Shown in pieces: positions 54,501 through 64,000 of a stretch of DNA of 64,000 bases (its first letter is position 1; the number at the start of each line of letters is the position of its first letter). Made by a program: the position numbers and the translations under genes. Source of the stretch: the human T2T-CHM13v2.0 reference genome, Homo sapiens; the NCBI RefSeq assembly GCF_009914755.1, contig NC_060947.1, one strand, 5' to 3'. The notes below the pieces were generated by a model. That model was not told the origin of the DNA, made no database searches, and was given only the letters and a program-made list of their open reading frames with translations.

Positions 54501-57500
54501 AGAAACTGCTTTGTGATGTGTGGATTCATCTAACAGACTTAAACCTTTCTCTGGATTTAGCAGCTTGGAATCACTGTTTCTGTCCATGCTCCAAATGGAC
54601 GTTAGGGAGCTCCTTGAGGCCAATGATGAAAAAGAGAATATTCCATGATAAAAACTACAAGGAAGATATCTGAGGAACCACTTTGTGATGTGTGCATTTA
54701 TCTCACAGAGCTAATCCTTTCTTTTCATTCAGCAGTTTGGAAAAACCGTTTTTGTAGAATCTGTGAAAGGTTATTTGGGACTGCTTTGAGACCTATGGTA
54801 AAAAAGAATATATCTCCAGATAAAAACTACAAAGAAGTTTTCTGAGAAAGTGCTTTGTGGTATTTTCATTTATCTCACAGAATTAAACATTTCTTTGGTT
54901 TCTGCAGTTTGGAAACAGTGTTTTAATCCATTCTTCAAATGGACAATTTGGAGTTCCTTAAGGCCAATAGTGAAAAAGCGAGTATCCCAGGATAAAAACT
55001 AGAAGGAATTTATCTGAGAAACAAATTTCTGATGTGTGCATTCATGTTACAGAGTTAAATCTTTCGTTTCGTTCAGCAGTTTGGAAGCACTGTTTACTTA
55101 GAATATGCAAAGGAATATTTGGGAGCGCATTGAGGCCTAGGTTGAAAAAGGAAATAACTTCAGATAAAAACTAAAAGGAAACATTCTGTGAAACTGCTTT
55201 GTGATGTGTGCAATCATCTCTCAGAGTTAAACCTTTCCATTCATTCAGCAGTTTGAAAACACTGTTTTTGTAGAATGTGCAATTGGATAATTGGGAGTGC
55301 CTTGAGGTCTATGTTGAAAAAGGAAATATATTCAGAAAAAAAAGAAAGAAGTTTTCTGAGAAACTGCTTTGTGATGTTTGCATTCATCTCACAGAGTTAA
55401 ACCTTTCTTTGGATTCAGCAGTTTGGAAACACTGTTTTTGTTCATTCTGCTAATGGACATGTTGGAGCTCATTGAAGCCAAAGGCCAAAAAAGAGAATAT
55501 CCCAGGATAAGAAGGAATTTATCTGAGAGACAAATTTGTGATGTCTGCATTCATCTCACAGTGTTAAACTTTTCTTCTCTTTCAGCAATTTGGAAACACT
55601 GTTTTTGTCGATTCTGCAAATGGACATTTTGGTGCTCTTTGAGGCCAATGGCAACAAAGTGAATATTCCAGGTTAAAAACTGGAAGGAAGATATCTAAGA
55701 AACCACGTTGTAATCTGTGTATTCATCTCACAGAGTAAAACCTTTCTTTTTATTCAGCAGTTTGGAAACACGGTTTTTGTGGAATCTGCGAAGGATATTT
55801 GGGGACACTTTGAGGCCTTTGCTGAAAAAGGAAATATCTTCAGATAAAAACTAGAAAGAATTTTTCTGAGATACTGATTTGAGATGTGTGCATTCAACTC
55901 ACAGAATTAAACCTTTCTTTGGATTCAGCAGTTTGGAAACACTGTTTTTGTCCATTCTTCGAAGGGACATTTGGGAACTCTTTGTGGACAATGGTGAAAA
56001 AGGGAATGGCCCAGGATAAAAACTAGAAGGAATTTTTATGAGAAACCAGTTGGTGAAGTGTGCATTCATCTCACAGAGTTAAAACTGTCTTTTAATTCAG
56101 CATTTTGGAAACACTGTTTTCTTAACATCTGCAAAGAAATACTTTGTAGCACATTGAGGCCTATGGTGAAAATGGAAATATCTTCAGATAAATACTAGAA
56201 AGAATTTTTCTGAGATACTGGTTTGTGATGTGTGCCTTTGACTCACATAATTAAACCTTTCGTTGGATTCAGCAGTTTGGAAACACTGTTTTTGTCCATT
56301 CTGCAAATGGACATTTGGGAACTCATTGAGGACAATGGTGAAAAAGTGAATAGCCCAGGATAAAAACTAGAAGGAAGTTATCTGAGAAGCCGATTTGTGA
56401 TGAGTGTATTCATCTCACCAAGTTAAACCTTTCTTTTAATTCAGCATTTTGGAAACACTGTTTTCTTAGGATCTGCGAAGAGATATTTTGTAGCACATTG
56501 AGGCCTATGGTGAAAATGGAAATATCATCAGATAAAAACTAGAAAGAAGCTTTCTCAGAAACTGCTTTTTGATGTGTGCATTCACCTCACAGAATTAAAC
56601 CTTTCTCTGGATTCAGCAGTTTGGAAACACTGTTTTTGTCTATACTGAAAATGGATATTTAGGAGCTCATTGAGGCCAATGGGGAAAAAGTGAATAACCC
56701 GGGATAAAAAGTACCAGGGAGATATATGAAACACCGCTTTGTGATGTGTGCATTTATCTCACAGAGTCTTTCAATTCAGCAGTTTGGAAACACTGTTTTC
56801 TTAGAATCTGCAAAGAGATAATTTTTAGTGCATTGAGGCCTAGGCTGAAAAAGGAAATATAATTAAATAAAAATTAGAAGGAAGCTTTCTGAGAAACTGC
56901 TTTGGGATGTGTGCATTCATCTCACAGAGTTAAACCTTTCTGTTCATTCAGCAATTTGGAAACACTGTTTGTGAAGGATCTGCAAAGGGATATTTGGGAG
57001 CACACCACAGTCAATGGTGAAAAAGGAAATATCTTCGGATAAAAAGTAGAAAGAAGCTTTAGGAGAAATTGCTTTGTGATGTGTACATTCATCTCACAGA
57101 CCTAAGCTTTCTTTCCATTCAGCAGTTTGGAAGCACTTTTTCTGCCCATTCTACGAATCACAATTGGGAGCTCGGGGAGGCCAATTCCTAAAAGGGAATA
57201 TACCAAAATAAAAACTAGAAGGAAGCTATCTGATAAACTGCTTTGTGATGTGTGCATTCACCTTGCAGACATAAATATTCCTTTTCATTCAGCAGTTTGG
57301 AAACACTGTTTTCATAGAATCTACGAAGGGATACTTGGGAGCGCATTAAGGCCTATGGTGTAAAAGGAAATATCTTCACATAAAAAGTAGAAAGAAGCTT
57401 TCTGAGAAACTGCTTTGTGATGTGTGCATTCATCTCAAAGAGTTAAACCATACTTTGGATTCAGCCGTTTGGAAACACTATTTTTGTCCATTTTGACAAT

Positions 57501-60500
57501 GGACATTTCAGATGTCTTTGAGGTGACTGTCGAAAAAGCAAATATCCCAGGATAAAAACTAGAAGGAAGATATCTGAGAAAATGTTTTGTGGTGTGTGCA
57601 TTGATCTCACAGAGTTAAACCTCTGCTTTCATTGTGCAGTTTGGAAACACCATTTTCGTAGAAATACAATGGGATATTTGGGAGCACATTGAGGCCTATG
57701 GTGAAAAATGAACTATCCTCAGATAAAAACTAGAATGAAGCTTTCTGAGAAACCGTTTGTGATGTGTGCATTCAGCTCCCAGAGTTAAACCTTTCTTTGG
57801 ATTCAGCATTTTGGAAGCAATGTTTTTGTCCATTCTTTGAATGGACATTTGGTAGCTCATTGAAGCAAATGGCAAGAAAGCACAGATCCCAGGATAAAAA
57901 GTAGGTGGAAGGTATCTGAGAAACCGATTTGTGATGTGTGGATTCATCTCATATAGTTAAGCTTTTCTTTTCCTTCAGCAGTTTCGACACAATATTTTTT
58001 AGAGTCTGCGAAGGGCTATTTACTAGTGAATTGAAGTCTATGGTGAAAAAGGAAATATACTCATATAAAACTTAGAAAGAAGCTTTCTGAGAAACTGCTT
58101 TGTCATGGGTGTGTTAATCTTACAGAGTTAAACCTTTCTTTATATTCAGCAGGTTGAAAAAATGTCTTTGTCCATTCTACGAATGGACATTTTGGAGCTT
58201 ATTGAAGCCAATTTTGAAAAAGTGAATATCACAGGATAAAAACTAGAAGGAAGTTATCTGAGAAACTACTTTGTGATGTGTGCATTCATCTTGCAGAATT
58301 AAACTTTTTTCTTTTAATTCAGCAGTTTGGAAACACTTTGTTGTAGAATCTGTGAAGGGATATTTGGGAGCACATTGGGGCCTATGGTGAAAAAGGAAAT
58401 GTCTTCTGATTAAAACTAGAAAGAAGCTTTTTGAGAAACTGCTTTTAGATGTATGCATTCATCTCACAGAGTTAAACCTTTTTTTTGGACTCAGCAGTTT
58501 GGAAACACTGTTTTTGTCCATTTTGCGAATGGACATTTTGGAACTCATTGAGGACAATGAAGAAAAAGCGAACATCCCAGGATAAAAACTAGAAGGAAGC
58601 TATCTGAGAAACCATTTTGTGAAGTGTGCTTTCATCTCGCAGAGTTAAAACTTTCTTGGCATTCAGTAGTTTGGAAACACTGTTTTCACAGAAATTGCTA
58701 ATGGATATTTGGTAGTGCATTGAGGCCTATGGTGTAAAAGAAAATATCTTCAGATAAAAATAGAAAGGAGCTTTCTGGGAAACTACTTTGTGATGTTTGC
58801 ATTCCTCTCACAGAATTAAATATTTCCTTGGATTCAGCAGTTTGGAAACACTGTTTTTGTCAATTCCGGTAATGGAGATTTGGAAGTTCTTTCTGGAAAA
58901 TTCTGAAAAAACAAATATCCCAGGATAAAAACTAGAAGAAAGATATCTAAGAAACTGCTTTGTGATGTGTGCATTCATTTCATAGAGAAAGGAATTAAAG
59001 AATTTAAGCTTTCTTTTCTTTCAGTAGTTTACAAAGACTGTCGTTGTAGATTCTGTGAAGTGATATTTTGCAGTGCATTGAGGTCTGTGATCAAAAAGGA
59101 AATATCTTCAGATTAAAAACTACAAAGAAGCTTTCTGACAAACTGCTTTGTGATGTTTGCATTCATCTCACAAGTTAAAACTTTCTGTGGATTCAGCAGT
59201 TTGGAAACACTGTTTTTGTTCATTCTGCGAATGGACATTTGGGAGTTCATTGAGGAAAAAGGTGAAAAAGTGAGTATCCCAGGAAAAAAAACTAGAAGGA
59301 AGCTATCTGACAAACCACTTTCTGATGTCTGCATTCAAATCTCAGAGTTAAAAAGGAAATATCTTCAGATAAAAACTAGAAAGAAGTTTTCTGAGAAACT
59401 GCTTTGTGATGTGTGCATTTATCTCAAAGATAGTCCTTTCTTTGGGTTCAGCTGTTTGGAAACATTGTTTTGGTAGAATATAAGAATGGAACTTTTGGTG
59501 CTCATTGAGGCCAATGGCTTAAAAGTGAATATCCCAGAATAAAAACTAGAAGGAAGCTGTCTGATAAACCGTGTTGTGATGTGTGAATTCATCTCACAGA
59601 GTTAAAATTTTCTTTTCATTCAGCAGTTTGGAAACACTGTTTTTGTACAATCATTTGCAAAGGGATAATTCGTAGCCCAAAGAGGACTAAGGTAAAAAAG
59701 GAAATATCTTCAGATAAAAGCTAGAAAGAAGATTTCTGAAAAACTGCTGTGTCATGAGTACATTCATCCCACAGATTTAAAGTTTTCTTTGGATTCAGCA
59801 GTTTGGAAACACTGTTTTGTCCATTCTGCTAATGGACATTTGGGAGGTTAATGAAGCCAATGGCAAAAAACGGAATATCCCAGGATAAAATTAGAAGGAA
59901 GCTATCTGAGAAACCATTTTGTGATGTGTGCATTAATCTCGCAGAGTTAAAACTTTCTTTTCATTCAACAGCTTGTAAACACTGTTTTTATTGGCTCTGT
60001 GAAGGGATATTTTAGAGCACATTGAGGCCTTCGGTGAAAAAGAAAATATATTCATGTTAAAATTTGAAAGAAGCTTTCTGAGAAACTGATTTGTGATGTG
60101 TGTCTTCACCTCACAGAGTTAAACTTTTCTTTGGTTTCAGCAATTTGGAAACAATGTTTTTGTCCATTCTGCAAATGGATATTTGGGAGCTCATTGAGGC
60201 CAATGTCAAAAAAGATAATATCCCGGGATAAAAAGGAGCAGGAAGCTATCTGAGAAACCGTTTTGTGATGTGTGCATTCATATCACAGAGTCAAAACTTT
60301 CTTTTCATTCAGCAGTTTGGAAACACAGGATTTGCAGAATCTGTGAAGGGATATTTGAGAGCGAATTTAGGCCTATGGTGAACAAGGAAATATATTCAGA
60401 TAAAAACTAGAAAGAAGCTTTCTGCGAAACTCTTTTCCAATGTGTACCATCATCTCACAGAAGTAAATATTTCTTTTTATTCTGCAGTTAGGAAACACAG

Positions 60501-63500
60501 TTTTTGGTGAATCTGCAAATGGACATTTGGGAGCTCATTGAGGCCAATTCTGAAAAAGTGTATATCACAGGATAAAAACTAGAAGGAGGCTCTCTGAGAA
60601 ACTGCTTTGTGATGTGCACTTTCATCATGCAGAGTTAAAACTTTCTTTTCATTCAGCAATATAGAAACTCTGTTTTCACAGTATTGGTGAAGAGATAATT
60701 GGTAGCGCATTGAGGCCTGTGGGGAAAAATAAATATTTTCAGATAAAAATTAGTAAGAAGCTTTCTGAAAAAAAAACTGCCTTGTGAAGTGTGCATTCAT
60801 CTCACAGAGTTAAAGCTTTCTTTGGATTCAGGGGTTTGGAAACACTGTTTTTGTCCATTTGGCAGACGGAAATTTGGGAGCTCATTGTGGCCAATGGCAA
60901 AAAAAGGGAATATCCCAGGATAAAAACTAGAAGAAAGATATCACAGAAACCGGTTGTGATGTGTGTATTCATCTGGCAGAGTTAAAAGTTGCTTTTCATT
61001 CAGCAGTTTGACAACACTGTTTTCGTAGTCTCTGCAAAGTGATATTTGGGAGTGCATTGAGGCCTATGGTGAAAAAGGAAACATCTTCAGATAAAAACTA
61101 GAAAGAAGCTTTCTGAGAAACTGTTTAGTGATGTGTACATTCATCTGATGGAGTTAAACTTTTCTTTGGATTCTGTAGTTTGAAAACACCGTTTGTTCCA
61201 TGTGGCAAATGGACATTTGGGAGCTCATTGAGACCAATGGCGAAAAACTGAATATCCCAGGATAAAAACTAGAAGGAAGCTATCTGAGAAACTGCTTTGC
61301 GATGTCTGCATTCATCTCGCAGAAGTGAACCTTTCTTTTCATTTAGCAGTTTGGAAATACTGTTTTAGTAGAATCTGTGAAGGGATATTAGGTGTCCCAT
61401 TGAGGCCTATGGTGTAAAAGGAAATATCTTGAGATAAAAATTAGAAAGAAGCTTAATGAGAATCTACTTTGTGATGCGTGCATTCAACTGATAGAGTTAA
61501 AATTTTTGGGGGGGTTCAGCAGTTTGGAAACACTGTTTTTGTCAATTCCACAAAGGGACATTTGGGAGCTCACTGAGGCCAATGGCAAAAAAGCAAACTT
61601 CCCAGGATAAACATTGGAAGGAGACTACCTCAGAAACTGGGTTGTGATGTGTGCTTTCATCTACTAGAGTTAAACTTTTCTTTTCATTCAGCAGTTTGGA
61701 AACACTGTTTTTGTAGAACCTCAGAGGGGATATTTGGGAGCAGATTGAAGCCTATGGTAAACAAGGAAATATCTCAGATAAAAACTAGAAACAAGCTTTC
61801 TGAGAAACTGCATTGTGATGTGTGCATTCATCTCACAGAGTTAAAACTTTCTTTGGATTCAGCAGTTTTGAAACACAGTTTTTGTCCATTCTCTGAATGG
61901 ACATTAGGGAGATCTTTGAGGCCAATGGAAAAAAAAAAGTGAATACCCTAGGAAATAAACTAGATGGAAGCTATCTGAGAAAGGACTTTGCGATGTGTGC
62001 ATTCATCTCGTTGATTTAAACCTTACTTTTCCTTCAGCAGTTGGGAAACACTGTTTTCATAGAAACTGCGAAGGGATATTTTGGAGCGCTTTGAGACCTA
62101 TGGTGAAAAAGGAAATATTTTCAGATACAAACTAAAAAGAAGCTTTCTGAGACACTGCTCTGTGATGTGTGCATTCATGTCACAGAGTTGAAATTTTCTT
62201 TGGATTCAGCAGTTTGGAAACACTGTTTTTGTCCATTCTGAGAATGGACATTTTGGAACTCATTGAGGCCAATGGCACAAAAGCAATTATCCCAGGAAAT
62301 AAACTAGAAGGAAGCTATCTAAGAAACCACTTTGTGATGTATGCATTCATCTCACAGAGTTAAATCTTTCTTTTCATTCAGCAGTTTGTAAACACTGTTT
62401 TTGGACTATGTACATAAGGATATTTGGGAGAACCTATAGGCCTATGGTGAAAAAGAAAATATCTTCAGATAAAAAGTAGAAAGAAGCTCTATAAGAAACT
62501 GCTTTGTGAGAAAGGTATGCAACTCACAGAGTTAAACCATTCTTTGGATAGTGCAGTTTGGAATCAATGTTATTGTCCATTCTGCCAATGGACATCTGGG
62601 AGCTCATTGAGGAAAATAGCAAACAGGGGAATATCCCTGGATAACAACTAGAAGGAAGCTCTCTGAGAATCTGCTTTGTGATGTGTGCATTCATCTCACA
62701 GAATTAAAACTTTATTTTCATAAAGCAGTTTGGAAACACTGTTTTTGTAGAATCTGCAAGGGATATTTCGGAGCACATTGAGGCCTATGGCAAAAAGGGA
62801 AATATGTTAAGATAAAAACTGCAAAGAAGATTTCTCAGGAACTGCTTTATGATGGGTGCATTCATCTCACAGAGACAAACTTTTCTTGTCATTGAGCAGT
62901 TTGGAAACACGGTCATTGTAGAATCTGAGAATGAACATTTGGGAGCTCATTGAAGCCAATGGCAAAAAAGGGAATATCACAGGAAAAAGCAGAAGGAAAC
63001 TATATGAGAAAATGCTTTGTGACGTAGGCATTCATCCTGAAGAATTAAACATTTCTTTGGATTCAGCAGTTTGGAAAGAATGTTTTGTCCATTCTGTGAA
63101 TGGACATTAGGGAGCTCATTGAGGCCAATGCCAAAAAAGTGAATACTTCCATATGAAATCCAGAAGGAAGTTTTCTGAGAAACTGCTTTGTGATGTGTAC
63201 ATTCATCTCACAGAAGTAAACTTTTCTTTTCTTTCAGCAGTCTGTAAACACGGTTTTTCTAAAATCTGAGAATGAACATTTGGAGCTCATTGAGGCCAAT
63301 GGCGAAAAAGCAAATATCCCATAATAAAAACTCGAAGGAAGTTATCTGAGAAACCGAATTGTGATGTGTGCCTTCACCTCACAGAGTAAAACCTTTCTTT
63401 TCATTCAGCAGTTTGGAAACACCGTTTTCTTAGAAACTGCGAAGAGATATTTGGTAGTGCACTGAGGCCAAAGATGAAAAAGAAAATAACTTCAGATAAA

Positions 63501-64000
63501 AACTAAAAAGAAGCTTTCTGAGAAACTGCTTTGTAATGTGTGATTCATCTCACAGAGCTACACCTTTCTTTGGATTCAACAGTTTGGAATCACTGTTTTT
63601 GTTTATCCACAAAATGGACATTTGGGAGCTAATTGAGGCCCATGGCAAAAAAGTGAATATCCCAGGATAATAACTAGAAGGAAGATATCTGAGAAACTGC
63701 TATGTGATGTGTGCATTCAACTCACAGAGATAAACCTCTCTTTTTCAGTCACCAGTTTGGAAACACTGTTTTGGTTAATCTGTGAAGGGATATTTGGTAG
63801 TACATTGAGGCTTATGTTTAAAAAGGAAATACCTTCATATAAAAATTAGAAAGAAGCATTCTGAGACCCTGCTTTGTGACGTGTGCATTCATCTCATAGA
63901 GTTAAACCTTTCTTTGTATTCAGCAGTTTGGAAACACTGTTTTTGTCCATCCCTGGAAAGGAGATTTGGAACTAATTTAGGTCAAAGGTGAAAAATTGAA
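42510..64000 (+). repeat. Ancient dimeric (~343 bp) alpha satellite, forward orientation
   Basis: Monomer X (TTGGATTCAGCAGTTTGG...GTCCATTCTG.GAATGGACATTTGGGAGCTCATTGAGGCCAATGG...CCCAGGATAAAAACTAGAAGGAAG) alternates with monomer Y (TTTCATTCAGCAG...GTAGAATCTG...GGATATTTGG...CTATGGTGAAAAAGGAAATATCTTCAG), with occasional register slips. Confidence 0.96.
49515..49531 (+). other. pJalpha (A-box) motif, example copy
   Basis: CTATGGTGAAAAAGGAA matches the A-type monomer box CTAYGGTGRAAAAGGAA. It recurs in many Y monomers across 35.4-64 kb, at the position where B-type monomers carry the CENP-B box. Confidence 0.7.

Noticed and set aside
56258-56274. TTTCGTTGGATTCAGCA resembling a CENP-B box
   Set aside because: It has TTCG and the central A but CAGC in place of the required CGGG, and it sits at the wrong monomer position.
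31129-62363. ORFs in the right half, including the 160-aa ORF at 51417-51899
   Set aside because: They are satellite translations; the length reflects a chance absence of stops.

Overview
This window is primate (probably human or great-ape) pericentromeric DNA. About 61.7 of the 64 kb is diverged, non-HOR alpha satellite (roughly 360 monomers of ~171-172 bp). I found no intact CENP-B box, and the monomers look like A-type. The array is layered into blocks with different diagnostic monomers: type 1 (1-10.4 kb and a small island at ~31.5-32.7 kb), type 2 (10.4-31.5 kb), type 3 (32.7-35.4 kb) and an ancient dimeric layer (35.4-64 kb), whose first ~7 kb runs in the opposite orientation. One 5'-truncated, inactivated L1 (L1PA3/4-like, ~2.3 kb) is inserted at 28.1-30.4 kb. 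There are no host genes; apart from L1 ORF2 remnants, all ORFs are translations of satellite. I see no new protein-coding or defence system. The interesting content is structural: an inverted templated insertion whose probable donor lies 1.3 kb away, a run of 95-bp truncated monomers ending at a near-palindromic inversion junction, a template-switch palindrome, and many fossil multi-monomer duplications that order the events in time. All alignments and offsets were done by eye.
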